A stretch of 64,000 bases of DNA from Octopus vulgaris (GCA_951406725.2 OX597820.1:46438001-46502000); one strand, 5' to 3'. Positions 13,666-28,068 are shown, counted from the stretch's first letter. Notes: generated by a model not told the origin, from the sequence alone. Translations and numbers: made by a program.

Positions 13666-13904
13666 ATTTTTAGCATATTTAGACTGGCAATAATTGAAGT
13701 TCAAAGAAATTTGTAAAGATATTGAGGTACCCGTCTACAGTATTATATTCATATTCGGTTTTATCAGCCGTGGCATAATTGGCCTCACAACACTCAGTTC
13801 TGTGTATCAAACTGTAGAACTACCCTAGTAAGAGAGATAATATTTCTTCGTGAATAAATATATCGCCCAATATAAATATTTTTCAGAACATATTTCGGAA
13901 TACA

Positions 13905-14045
13905 TTACTTATGTTATGGAGCTACTTCTTATATGCAAATGCTATATGAAGGTACCACATATGATACAAAAGTGCTACACATGATATAAAGGTGTTAAAT
14001 ATAATGTAGAGGTACTGCCTGTGATATGGAGGTACTGTATAACTG
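13905..14045. repeat. Degenerate 20-bp minisatellite
   Basis: Units atgatacaaaagtgctacac, atgatataaaggtgttaaat, ataatgtagaggtactgcct, gtgatatggaggtactgtat. Confidence 0.6.
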
Positions 14046-14627
14046 GTGATACTTCGTATATGTTGAATACATAGTTTGTATGAACTGTAATAATGGCTAG
14101 ATTTGAAAAAAGTTTAACTATTTAGAGTGAACATCCACGTCTGATTCGTCCTTTTTTTTTTCTTTTTCTCTCTTTTTTATTTTACTTGGTACATGGAGAT
14201 ATATTACTAAGCATTCCAAAATTATGGAAGTGAGGGCTAAATTTGAACCCAGAAACTTTGTTGTGAATTTCATTACTATTATCTAAACCATCATTTGCTT
14301 TAGGTTTTTAAAAAAAAAACAGCATATATAACACATACAACAAAAAAAAAAACAAATATATAAGAGTAAAGAAAATGCAAAGTGCTCGAGTGAGAAAAAG
14401 TGAGAGTAAGTGAAAGATTGCGTGTGCGTGCGCGTCATGTTTATGCGTGCGTGTGTGTATGTAAGTGTATGCGTATGTGTGTATGTGCATGCGTGCGTAT
14501 GTGTGTACATGTAAGAAAGATCAGGAGCAAATAGTTGCATAATAAGCCCAAAACTTATGACATGCTATCATACTCCATCACTCTAGAATGTTCTCTGTCA
14601 TGTTCTTTAAACTTTACCCCGTTTTAG

Positions 14628-14771
14628 ATGCCCAACAAGCTTTCAACTTGTTTGACAAGAAGGGAGACGGCGCGGTACCCACTAAAGAGTTGAATAATGT
14701 GTTTAAAAGTCTCGCCCTGCATGTTGCTGACCACAAACTGCAGTTGTGGGTTGACGAAATGGACGAGGAAG
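14628..14771 (+). CDS. TnC: Troponin C exon (EF-hand I and start of II): DAQQAFNLFDKKGDGAVPTKELNNVFKSLALHVADHKLQLWVDEMDEE
   Basis: gttttag acceptor, G|gtaagt donor, 144 nt, phase 1-1. The W.DEMDEE(ATG) motif is characteristic of molluscan troponin C. Confidence 0.93.
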
Positions 14772-15668
14772 GTAAGTATTTGAGACACATCTTTGTCGTC
14801 GTCTGTAACTGCAGCTCTACATCATGTGTTGCCATATTTACGTCTGATATTTTCATGGAGGGTCTTGTGGCCTCTGTATATGTGTATGCATGTGTGTATA
14901 TGTGTATGTTGGGTTATGAGTTTAATGTGAGATACACAACTGCACAACAGCTATACTATAAATCCATAGCAAAGACCAGAACGCTGATCAAATTTTGACG
15001 TTGACCAAAATAATATGTAGACACTGTTTTGAGATGGAATATTGCAGGGAACTACCGTCGACCTCTTCACACCCGTAGCAGAAACTGAACTCAGTATTGC
15101 CGAATGAAATATTCTTTCGTTCACACAGTAGTGGGATGCGTGAATGCAAAGCTATTAGTTACAGTAAGGTCAAATTTGCCTGAAGCAGTTGAGTTCTTAG
15201 TTATTGAAAGTGAGAATACAGCACTATAACACACTATAGTGCTTCATATGACATAGCACAGCATTATTTAGTTTATAGTGTAATGCTACGTGAGACTGAC
15301 ATAACATAGTGCGTACCTCGGAGACATGGGAGTCTCTCCAACTCGAACCACCACTTTTCCGTAACGAAAGGTTACAGTTCCCTTTCTACTGACATATGAT
15401 AAGAATGTCGTAGGAAAGATTCGCAAGACAGATTCTACAAGCTGATCCAGCAGGCAGCCGACCTTAGAATAGACCAAGAACAAGACAGTTGGATAATATT
15501 CATTGCCTCAGTTGGTCAGGCCTAAGGAATCCATCTGGAAAGTCAAATGATGGCTACTTCTGGTAGGACCCTATGGAGGCGGTGCCTGAGGACTCTACCT
15601 CCACGACCTTCCTCAGGAATAGTGAGTGAAGAGTATGGGAGGATAACAGTATATCAGTATTATATGGT

Positions 15669-15730
<62 letters not shown>

Positions 15731-16213
15731 GACTCACAAAGTTTTGTTAAACTATCATAATTAACTATGCATGGCTGAATGGTTAAGAAGTTCGCTTCGC
15801 AAAATCCCAGGTTCGAATTGTATGCCGGGAAATACGGTGGTGCACCTGTCATTGGAAGGGCCAGTGTTGTCAACTATTACGGTACACAAATACTTCCTCC
15901 CAACTACTTTAAGGAAACACGTATCTTTGGGACACTTAGTCACTAATGCGTATATTCAAGCAAGCTGTGGTTCAGTTGATCAAACTTCTGAGTAATCATA
16001 GTCAATTCTATGAAAGAACTATAGATAAAGGAACCTTTTTAGTCCAAGGAAGCATTACAAGTGCATGAAAATCTGTAGCAGGGTGCATCTGTACTGTTAT
16101 CAGCTTCCGTTATAAAAATGTGAACACAGCTTCCTGGAACAGTGTCAGCCTGGAGCTAAGCAACGTCACCATCTACCTACCTACCTACCTACCTACCTAC
16201 CTATCTATCTATA

Positions 16214-16267
<54 letters not shown>

Positions 16268-16477
16268 CTCTCTCTCTTTCTCTCTGTCCTCTTTCTCTCC
16301 CTTTTTTCTCTCTCTTCTCTCTCTCTCCATCTCTTTATCTCTCTTTCAATCTATTTATCTGTCTTTCTATATATATGTGTCTATCTCTATCTCTGTATAT
16401 CTATCTAACTGTTTTTTTTATCTGTCTGTCTAATACATTACTCATACGTACTTCCAACGAATAAATCTTTGATCTTT

Positions 16478-16552
<75 letters not shown>

Positions 16553-16687
16553 ATCTATCTATATATCTATCGGTCCGTCTGTCTATCTACCTATCTATCT
16601 ATCTAACTGCCTGTCTATCAATCTAGATTGCTAGCTTGTTAGCTATCTGTCTGTCTATGTCTATCTTTTTATATCTGTTTTTCATAG

Positions 16688-16930
16688 CAACTGGTTTTAT
16701 CTATTGGGACAACTTCTGCATCCTGTTCAAGCGAAAATTGCAGGAAGATGAAGACGAACGTGAAGTGCGGGAGGCATTCCGTGTGCTGGACAAGAACAAC
16801 CAAGGAGTGATTGATGTTGAGGACTTGCGCTGGATCTTGAAATCTCTAGGGGATGATTTGAATGATGAAGAAATCCAGGACATGATTAACGAAACAGACA
16901 CAGACGGCAGCGGTACTGTAGATTATGAAG
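16688..16930 (+). CDS. TnC: Troponin C exon (EF-hands II-IV): [10 protein letters not shown]...[43 protein letters not shown]...[13 protein letters not shown]
   Basis: ttttcatag acceptor, G|gtatgg donor, 243 nt. [17 protein letters not shown] and [13 protein letters not shown] match scallop/squid-type TnC as I recall it. Confidence 0.95.
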
Positions 16931-16990
16931 GTATGGTATATGGTATATATATATGAAATATACATAAGTATACATATTAATATATATACA

Positions 16991-17382
<392 letters not shown>

Positions 17383-17384
<2 letters not shown>

Positions 17385-17526
17385 AAAAAGGAAAAAGTGA
17401 CTTCACTGGTAGTTTTAATCGATTTAATTTTTTTAATAATATAATTTTACAGACCAAACTGTAAAATTATATTATTAAAAATTAAATTGATTAGAATTAC
17501 CAGTGAAGTCACTTTTTCCTTTTTCA
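17383..17526. repeat. (TA)n-adjacent near-perfect hairpin
   Basis: tgaaaaaggaaaaagtgacttcactggta...ttttacag pairs with ctgtaaaa...taccagtgaagtcactttttcctttttca. Confidence 0.85.
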
Positions 17527-18871
17527 AATATACCTAACTGTACCAAAGCTTTCACACATTTTCCAATACACACACACACACACTTCCATATTACCTGTCA
17601 AAAAAGACGCGTTATATTTTTGTTTCCTTTTCAGTAATTACTAATCTTTCTGTTTCAAGTGTTGCTATATTTTCTTCCTGTGACTCATTTTGTATTCTTT
17701 CAGATATTATCTTTATTCTTTTGATTTTGAGCTTTTCTTCCGTTTCTCCTTGTATTTCTTGCTGTCATTTAGCAGTATTTCTTTTCTCCAATTCTTATTA
17801 AGCATTGCTTTTTGTGATGATCTTCGTCTTCTTTTTACAGTCCGAATCAGGGAATTTTTCTCGTGAGTGAAAATTTCATCGTCTCTTAAAACGTCGAATG
17901 AATGTTTTGTATACGAGAATCCGTTTTCTTACTTTTCCCTCCAAATGCTTTCTCAGCTTTATAGTCCATTTTAGTCATTATTTCTTATTAACTTTTCCTC
18001 TTTATAAATATAGTTCACTTCCTTTTATCTTTCAGTCAAAATATGCATCCATGTCTTTCTTTTCTTCTCTTCCTTTCTTAATCTCTTCTGTCACACACGC
18101 ATTTCTATATCATAAAGTGTCCCTCTCTCTCCTTGATTCTCCATCTTCCTCTTGTACATAAATATATGTGTGTGTGTGCGCGCGTATGTGTGTCTGTATA
18201 GCTGTCACTTTAATTATTCACTCACCCTCCATACCTTTGCTACTTTATCACACTGTCTTTTGAATAACATATCTGTAGTAAAACCTATCTTTTTTCTTTC
18301 CACTGCTCTTCTTTTACTTGCACTATACCTTCTTTTCTTACGCGGTCATGAAAATCCTCTTTCTGTTTCACTCACTTGTTGCCCTACTTTTCCAGCCTTG
18401 TCTCTATGTCTCTTTGTCTCTCTCTTCATCCAATCACTCATTCTCCCGTCTTTCTATTTATTTATGTTCTTATCACTTTGATTAGTATAAGCATTGCTTT
18501 CCTTTTCTACATATTTACTTTGTCACGTTGCTTCTCAAATCCCACTTTATTTGCTGTAAAACTCTTCCTTTTTTTTCTATCTCTGCACTCTTATATGAGG
18601 TGTCTCTTCCATCTTTTCCCACTCTTTCTTCCATCCATCTCTATATTTCAGTCTGCTCTCCTGAATATCTCGTTTGATGTCTAATCACTGGTTATTTCTC
18701 TTACGCTTCTATTCGCTCCCACTCTCTCAATCCCCCATCTATATATTTATCTAATCCTTCTATAGTCATAATGTTCACTTTCTTCTTCTCTTACACCTTC
18801 AGCATAGACACTATTTTGTCTTAATACATTCCTAAAGTGTAACAGAGTACCAGCAAACAGAATCAGGATGC

Positions 18872-18922
<51 letters not shown>

Positions 18923-20388
18923 AAGCAATGTTCTTGAGTTATAACCATGACCTCTCTTTACTCTTTTTTTTCTTCTTTATTTGCATTCAGTTTTTGACAT
19001 CACATCCATTGAAAGGAATCTGCTTCAGTTTAGATATTTTCCTCTCTTACTGTTATATATTTTTTATCCAACAGAAGGTTTGCAACAGACCAAGGTACTT
19101 GATAGAAATATCTGACCCATCGCTGGTCAAAGGTTCGAATTCTCGTACTTAGCTGCTGTCCAAGACACGTAATCCTCAACGTAGTTGCCAAATGGGCGAG
19201 CAAAATGTTCCAATGAGAAAGAGCTTCCACATGGCCGCTAGACGTACTAGAAGTCATGCCTTTTTTAAGGCACAACTATGGTCTTTAAAAATGAGTAGAA
19301 CGGACTAAAATGAATTCGTAGACAGCACCCAAATAGGTGAAGGTGGTCATGAGTGGAATTTCGCTTGTAATATGTCTGTTCAAAAAGAGTTCACGATCTG
19401 GAGTCAAAACTATATCAGTGTAATGTAAAGAGGTTTAAAGAGAAGATACAGCTGACAACTATAAGTTTGTGACGGTGGGCATATAGATAGAAATGGAATG
19501 CACCTTGTGCAGGCTAGCTTGCAGCACCGGGATCAAATCCTACCGAGTGTATATTTCAGATTACCCAGACGCATAGCCAGTTTCTAAAGTTAGGGGCAGC
19601 GAACACAGAAAAAAGGCGTCGTAACACATTGCAAACGATTTTTAACTCATTGCTCTTATATTAAGCGAAATATTTCATTAGTTATAATATACGTAATTGT
19701 ATTCTACTGTCATTAATGTTACGTTTCAGTAACAATGTCATTATGTATGAAATCTATAACTATTGACATAGGTGTGACATAAAATTGATGAAACTCCACG
19801 GGATCGTCCAGTGTCGAGGGTTTATGACGTCAGGGTTTGTTTTGGTACTTCAGATGTCAGCAGCCACCACACATCACAAGGGATAGAGCAAATTGTTCAA
19901 AAACACAGGAGGTTTATCAAATAAAGTAATGACTCCAGAAAGTTCTTCAGGGGTCATGCAATTAACAAAAGAGAAAAAAAAAACAGATTCGGCTTTCATT
20001 GCACAAGTGAACTAAAGAGTTTTAAAACTGTTAAAAAGGCGCCATTTTTGAAAAATGTGATTTTAGGGAGCTGTCGCTCACCTCCCCACCCCACCCCCTA
20101 TTAGCTACGCTACTGAGATTGCCTGTTCCATCTTGAAACATCACACGGAGACGAACAAAGCCTTTTGGTCTAACCCCAGAACCTAATTAATTTCGAGGGT
20201 TAATTATTTATGTAATCATTATTAATTAAAATATTTTTATTTCAGCATTTTTAGGATATTTTTACAATGAAGATAACAAAAACGATGAAACTGAGATGCT
20301 GATTATCACGCATCCTGCGTTGCAACATCCTCTATTTTACCATATATTCTTTCATTTGTACTAGATTTGTATTATTTGTATTATGCAT

Positions 20389-20423
<35 letters not shown>

Positions 20424-20597
20424 CATATATAGATACACATATTTTTGTACACGCATATATACACATACACACATGAGACAAGTTCATAACAAAGCTGAAA
20501 TTTTAGTCGGATCATTCGGTCTTTTTCCATACACAATGAAATATTTGAAAAGAGAACTGGAAACGGTTATCCCTGCTAATATATATATATAAGCATT

Positions 20598-20950
20598 AAA
20601 TTAAAAGAAAGGTGCTTTAAAAGAATATTTGCATAGTATTCAAATACAAGGGGCATCTTCCTTGTTTCTGTCTGTCTCTGTCTCTCTTGTTCACTCTTGT
20701 GGGCTCGAAGTCGAACCCACAAGAGTAAACAAGATCCCGAACCCACAAAAGTAAACAAGAGAAGCAGAGACAGGCAGAAACAAGGAAAATGCACCTTGTA
20801 TTTGAATACTATGCAAATATTCTTTTAAAAAAACTTTTCTTTTAATTTTTCCAAAATTTAATTGTTTTCCATACTTACGGTTGAAAAAGTCTCAATGACT
20901 GAAACCGGTAATAAAATGTCTTATAAAATTATCTTAGCATGACTTTTTTT

Positions 20951-20955
<5 letters not shown>
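20598..20955. repeat. (TA)n-embedded hairpin; tail has a degenerate hammerhead-like motif at 20881-20910 (+)
   Basis: Arms ~20598-20707 and ~20712-20848. Tail reads UUGAAAA AGUC-ucaau-GACU GAAACCGGUA. Confidence 0.75.
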
Positions 20956-21005
<50 letters not shown>

Positions 21006-22484
21006 TATGAATATGAAATAGAGAACGGTGCTTTTTGTTCACATCTTAACTGGGTGGAATCAACATATGTTTCCTCCATTTGCGAAGATGCTTGGACAAT
21101 TTCCAACTGGAAACACTCACACTATCTTGGAGGTCTGGCCACTTTATAAGCAGTGCATGTTGCCAACTTATCGGATCAACGATTTTAAAATAGAGAACGT
21201 AATTGGCAGTGTAACTGCTTTACGTCTGACCACACTGAAATAGCAGCGGACCTAGTTGTAGACTAGTGGTAAAATTACTTAAGGATTGGAGCAGGCTGCA
21301 ACAATGATTCCATCTGTGACTGAAACACTAAACTTTATTTCGTTCAGAAGTGGGCAGGGGAATTAAAGAAATTAGTTTTCCCAAAGAAATGTAACACTGC
21401 TATTAACGTTTCTGCTTAACATAAGTGTCCTCCGCTCAGTCAGATAAATCTGCGGCAAACCACACTCGGCAGTTGTAAAAGTCACCTTACAAGTCACGCA
21501 TATATGTTTGGAGGGGGTGTGGCCATGTCTGTATGTGTCTGCGTGTGTCTGAATGTATAGCATGAGCGACAAAGGATATTTATAAAAACTGAAACTACAG
21601 GTAGACTAAATGTAATTCATGTAAGCGTACATACATGCATGCATGCATGCATAAATACATATAACCAGTGGTCTAGCATGTTAAAAAAAATCGAAGATTT
21701 AAATATTATATTTCAATTAATAAGAGAAATGACCACTAAAGGGGATTCCTATACGCCAGAGATAGACGTCAAGTCGCCTTATCACAAAGAATGTGTTCTC
21801 AAGAAGAAAAAAAATACCCAGTAAACGCCAAGATGTAAAAAATAAACAAGGCAAATGAAAATTTACAAAATAAAACGATTGCCTAGGTATCATGATTTCA
21901 TTATTAATACTTTCGCAAGTATTAATAATGAAATCATGAGACGTAGGTAATAGTTTTATTTTGTAAATTTTCATCACTGAAACAAGTAAAAGATTAGTTT
22001 TATACATTCCAGATTTCACACATTGCACTGCGACCATACAATGACACTACCACGTAGAATTTATTGGAACACATTCGTCCCTCTACATTTTTCACTCTGG
22101 TGCATATCAATGTATATTTGTCAAATCACTAAGTTTCATTACATGAGACTGTACCTACATTTATGTGTATGTCTGTGAATGACTACCTGTTTATATGTAT
22201 CTATGTGTATTGTTCTTATATATCTGCATATGTGCAACTGTGTCTGAGTATATTTCTATATGTGTTCGTCAATGAGAGTGAGCATGTATATAGGTGGGCT
22301 TTGACAGAGAAAGAAAGGATGCATGACTTACGCTTATCAATTAAAATCGTACGGTGCTGAAATAAACACACAACTTTCGTTAACCTGCATTGTCAATGCT
22401 AGTGCTCCATTTGTTTGATTTGATTCTATATCTGGTATGAGTATGATCGTCATGCATGCAACCATGTACGCATGACCTATCTAT

Positions 22485-22552
<68 letters not shown>

Positions 22553-22651
22553 TGTCAATAATAATAAGGGTAAATTTTATTTAATTAATTAATTAGTAAT
22601 TAATAATTTTACCAAGCAGTGTTCAGTATGTAAAAGGACCATTTACAGTAA

Positions 22652-22685
<34 letters not shown>

Positions 22686-22686
22686 A

Positions 22687-22882
22687 ATTGCAGCGTGGAA
22701 GGTGTTTGTAAGCCATTTAAGAAACACAAAAGCCCACCTATATTCACTTCAACATTTAAGTTTAAGTGAATCGAACGGCTTTTGTGTGTTTCTTAAATGG
22801 CTTACAAACACCTTCCACGCTGCAATGGTTTTCGTTTCAGCACACGATCTCAGATCAAATCACATGCTATACGAGTACATCT

Positions 22883-22885
<3 letters not shown>
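22687..22885. repeat. (TA)n-embedded hairpin plus tail
   Basis: attgcagcgtggaaggtgtttgtaagccatttaagaaacac at 22687-22734 is inverted at 22777-22826. Confidence 0.85.
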
Positions 22886-22916
<31 letters not shown>

Positions 22917-22951
22917 GTGTATACACAAATATATATACACATATATATATG

Positions 22952-22983
<32 letters not shown>

Positions 22984-23162
22984 CGCATATATGTTTGGAG
23001 GGGGTGTGGCCATGTCTGTATGTGTCTGCATGTGTCTGTATGTATACCATGAGCGACAACGGATATTTATAAAAACTGAAATTACAGGTAGACTAAATGT
23101 AATTCATGTAAGCGTACATACATGCATGCATGCATAAATACATACATACATACATACATACA

Positions 23163-23193
<31 letters not shown>

Positions 23194-23414
23194 TTCCTTT
23201 GTTTTCTATTTTCTATATATTTGTATTTTGAAAACTTATAATTTAACCTATATTTTTTTATATTTTTATACGGTAATTTTTTCATTGCTGTTACTCATTG
23301 CTTTCTTGTTAATTGTTATATTTACATTATATAAATACATTTTGATATATTTCTTGAGAAGAGAAAAACAAGGAATATATTAAAATGATGTATCTTAATA
23401 TAACTCTTGTTCTT

Positions 23415-23866
23415 AAGGCGACGAGCTAGCAGAATAGTTAGCACGCCGGGCAAAATACTTAAGGGCATCTCGATCGTCTTTACGTTCTGGGTTAAATTCC
23501 GCCGAGGTCGACTTTGCTTTTCATCATTTCTGGATCGATAAAATAAGTAACAATTGAACACTGGAGTCGTAACAATTGAACACTGGAGTCGATGTAATCG
23601 ACTCATCCCCTCTCCAAAATTCTGTCCTTGTGATAAATTTGAAATCATTATTAAGGTAGTAAGCTGGCAGAATTATTAGCACGCCGGGCAAAATGCTTAG
23701 CGGCATTTCGTCCATCTGCACGTTCTGAGTTCAAATTTCGCCAAGGTCGACTTTGCCTTTTGTCTTTTCGGGGTCGATAAAAAAGTTCCAGTTGAGTACT
23801 GGGGCCGATGTAATTGACCTACCTTCTCCCCTTAGCTTGCTGGCCTTGTGCAAAAATTTGAAGCCT
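23415..23866 (+). mobile_element. Two head-to-tail SINE family A copies
   Basis: Heads at ~23415 and ~23653, joined at an ATT-rich tail. Confidence 0.88.
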
Positions 23867-24764
23867 ATATATTTCAAGTTACTCTTTTCTATTGCATTGT
23901 GATATAATTTTATTATAGTTTATTTATTTTTGTTGTTATTATTATTCCATTATGATTTTACTTTTTTTTATTTTGATTAATGATTTTGAATTTCCAGTAT
24001 TTTATTTAATTCCATCACCTCAATTTCCAGCCTCTTAAATGTTTTATATTATTTCAGTGGATGATTTACAAATTGGCATATTAATTAGAAGGTGGTAGAT
24101 TTATTGGTATGACTCGGTAGATGGTCAAACAAAATACTTTGCAGTTTTCAGTTACATCTTTTCTTCTTCTAAATTCAAACCCCACCATAACCGACTTTGC
24201 TTTTTCCTATCCTGCGTACCCACGTCTTCTTTGCATTTGAGGTCTAATGCCGAAATCAGAAACCGTTATTATATATTAGTAGATGCGCAAGGCAGAGACT
24301 GAAAGTAAACCAAACATGAAATCGGTTTTGTTATGAGAGAACCCTGAACACCCCCACGTGACTTAAGGTGGACTAAACGGTAACAATAAATAAGAATTGA
24401 GTGAACTAAGTAGGGGATAGTTCGACAGTGTTTCTTCGACGTGTGTTGGTTAACAGTCGGTAGGTGAACAGTGACTACTGAGTATCGTACCTACGTTCGA
24501 ATAGTGCGTTCTGTGTTAACAAATAATTTCTGCGATAGGTTATTTTTAGATAACCACTACCAACTATTTATTTTTGTAATACCATTTTACACCGGACGTG
24601 TTTACCCACGTCATAACAGGTTCCAGTATGCTTGAGGGGTATTTGAATCCATAAAAGGCTTTTCATTTCAGTTTGTCATCAAGCAAAAAATTTTTTCTTA
24701 ATGACAAACTGCACTGAAAAGTCAATTAAGGATTCAAATATTTCTTAGAAATACTTGAACTTGT

Positions 24765-24972
24765 AGCTGGCAGAATCGTTAGCACGCCGGACGAAATTCT
24801 GCTAAGCATTTTGTCCATCTTTACGTTCTAAATTCAAATTACGCTGACGTCGGCTTTTACTTTCATCCTTTCGAGGTCGTTGAAATAAGTACCAGTTAAG
24901 CACTTGGTCGATGTCACTGACTTGACATCTCCCACAAAATTTCACACCTTGTACCTGTAGCAGAAAGGATTG
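24765..24972 (+). mobile_element. SINE family A copy
   Basis: agctggcagaatcgttagcacgccgg...tttcatcctttcgaggtcg...aaataagtaccag. Confidence 0.85.
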
Positions 24973-25084
24973 TATTTTTTTAGTCGTGTTTTATTTTTAC
25001 TTCTTTGTTTTAACATTTGTGCTGTTTACCCGGTGTGATAACGATTTTGCCAGCACGCCGTCTTGAGTCAAATCAATAATTAAT

Positions 25085-25575
25085 TCTTTTTTATTGGCCA
25101 CAAGGGCTGACACGCATGATTTGAAACATGAAGGGACAAGACAGGACGAAAGGTTACAAAGGGTTTTGTCCGTTTTTGAAAAACATCGAGTAAAAACTTT
25201 ATAACAATTAAAAATTAAACAATGAAAAACTCCCAAAAGGGGGAGACGTTTCGAAAGGCTCCTGGTGGAAAAAACCCTACAAAAGCCAACGGGAGCCTGG
25301 TCAAAAAAGGGGTGTAGAGAGTGCCCTTTTTTTCTCCTTTTACATTACCTTTTTGAAATCACAGGCGAAACCTGAGAACTGGTCCATTTATACTGGCCAG
25401 TCTCGCACAATTCACCCACCTTTCATAAAACTTGCTATCGGACAGCACTTTCCTCTCTAACCTCATCTTCCTTTTCAAGTGAAACTTGAAAAAGTTGATG
25501 AGGCCTTGACCAAAGAGGAAAGTGTCTGACTTTAGCCCTTTCAAACGAGTCCACCACACCACCGCTTTCGCCAAA
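25085..25575 (-). mobile_element. 5'-truncated L1/Tx1-like LINE end (ORF2 C-terminus plus 3' UTR)
   Basis: AKAVVWWTR...LINFFKFHLKRKMRLERKVL...FYERW resembles L1/Tx1 ORF2 C-termini. aaatcaataat occurs on both flanks (possible target-site duplication). Confidence 0.55.
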
Positions 25576-27027
25576 TCAATAATAATAATAATAATAATAA
25601 TAAACTAGGAACGATCGCAAGAAGTTATAAAAATAAATCTGAAACGATTTAATCGAAGAGAAGATCGGATTTCTATTTAATGACATTTAATAAGTGACTG
25701 TTAGCATTTATGTCTTCGTTTCCCTTGTTCAGAATACCCAAGTCTATTTTTGTATTTTTCTGGATTGTTTTGATTTCATAATTAGCAGTGCAAATACATA
25801 TGTTTCCAAACCTTAAGATCGCTGGATCTTCTATAAAACTATGAAACATTTATTGATACGCATTTTTATTCGGACATCCTCCTTGCATGTGCGTAGTGTT
25901 TCTATTCTTTTTTTCTTCTTTTTTCTTTTTAGCAGTGTGCAATAGTTTGACAACCCTACGTACCCAGTTTGCCTGTTATTTGTGATTGTTATTTTTATGT
26001 GTTCACAGAATTCAACCCTGAAGAGAAATTGATGTAACACTTGAACACTTGTGCTCTCTTTTAGAATCTCCTTATACAAACATTCATCCAAAACTTTTCA
26101 TCGTTATATCATCCTATATTGTTTAGCATCGGTTTTCTTGAATTTTGTCCATTTCTATTGACCGACTATCCATAAACTTGTGATTGAACTCATAACTATT
26201 TACTTAACATGTGACCTATGCCATCCTGTCACCCTACCATTCGTGTTTTATTTTATTTATCTGCCCTATATTACCGAGCGCAAATTTATTTCATCCCCTA
26301 AATTTTGTTGGGCCACACCCTACACGTGTTCTCTCTGGTGGATTTCTGTTTGACATTCAAGATAGGGAATCAAAATCAACGCCTTTCCATCAGACACATG
26401 ACCTAACCCGTTGACAGTCAACCATCCTGATCAAATTTCCATTAAACTGTTTTCATCATTTCACGTATTTAAATCGCATACGCTTACGCAGCCATATATA
26501 TTCACATGAAAACACACATCTACATACATACATACATACATACATACATACATACATACATACATACATACATACATGCATACATACATACATACATACA
26601 TACATACATACATACATACATACATACATACATACATACATAGTTACATACATGCATGCTTCAGTGCAAATATTGGCGCTGTACTTTCTACTCAGACGAA
26701 ACTATTAAAAAATGTACAGAAAGAAATATTTATGCTTAGGTAAATGCTAAACGTTCATCACCTTCCTTATAAGGTAATGAACATTTAGCTATTTATATAT
26801 TTTTAAATGCTTCCAATTCTTGTCTATCTTTTGTCTTCGTTGAGTTGTTTGTCTTTCATTTTTTTTCTCTTATTGTCAATAACATAGCATTCTCATCTGA
26901 TCTGTTCATTTTACATTTGTCTCACATATTACTGTCATTCCTCACCCTACGCAATACACAGGGAAGGAGAGCAAAGGGAAACAACCGCAGAAAAATAAAA
27001 CAACCCTGGTATTTTGAAAGTGCTGTT

Positions 27028-27066
<39 letters not shown>

Positions 27067-27649
27067 TTGTTGTTTGCTTTTTATTGATCCCGCGTGAAAT
27101 GTGCTTACTCATCTGTTTAAGTTCTTCCCAGATTTATTTTACTTACCTTTTGAATAAAAAAATGTTTTCTTCCTTGTGACAATACTATCACGTCTATGAA
27201 AATTGGGTAAACCCCACATTTTAAATTCAACTGGCTTAGGGAAAAAAAAAACGCTGTCATAGATGAAAGGAAGAGTTATTAATAATGAGGTTAAAATACA
27301 AATTGAGAAGAAAGTAAATCATAAAGGGAGTTTTAAAGCTGATTGTTCTTTGGAGAAACCCTTCGTTTACAGAGATTGTTTCACTGAAGAACGTTGAATG
27401 AAGAAGGGTCTGGACGATCAAATGAACTATTTAAGCGACATGACTTTCGATGTTCTGTTCAATCAAAATCCTGTCTAATGTCATGTGCAATATCATTGAG
27501 AAACAGTGCTGGACTTTGGGTATTGCAAAAACCTTGGGATAGGGATGCCTTGCCAGAGTCAACGCAGAAGAGTCATTGAAGAATAGAAAGTATTGTAAAA
27601 AACATTACTGGAATTCATCATGTCAGAAAAGTATTGCACTGACTTCTGC

Positions 27650-28010
27650 TATGACATTTCTACTACGACATCTCTGTAGTGTCATATCTGCTGTGGTATC
27701 GCTTTCATGGCGTGGCTCTAGTGACTTATCAATGAAGTCTTTGGTATGAAAGTTCTCCTATAATGTTTAGTTTGGGATATATTTGTTGACAACGCATCTT
27801 CTATTTTGTTTCTGCACTAATATTTCTACTATAACGTCTATGATATGATGTCTCCGTTATGGAGTAACGGCTTTAGCGCCATCTTTTATAATATGTCTGC
27901 AGTGACGGCCATGATATGGAGTTTCTTATTTTCGTCGGTTATAACAGTCTCAAATATGACATATATGCTATGATGTCTCTTCTGTGATATCTCTACACTG
28001 ACGTTTCTTG
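27650..28010. repeat. Degenerate 14-bp minisatellite
   Basis: Units atgacatttctact, acgacatctctgta, gtgtcatatctgct, atgaagtctttggt, atgaaagttctcct. Confidence 0.6.
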
Positions 28011-28068
28011 TAGTTGAGAAACATGAGCTACTTGTATATTTTGTAGGATCAAAGTCGTCTCATAGATA

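Noticed and set aside
14588-16956. Calling the EF-hand gene calmodulin, or using the ORF-track boundaries
   Set aside because: Loops I-III are non-canonical and the motifs match molluscan troponin C; the track ORFs run into introns.
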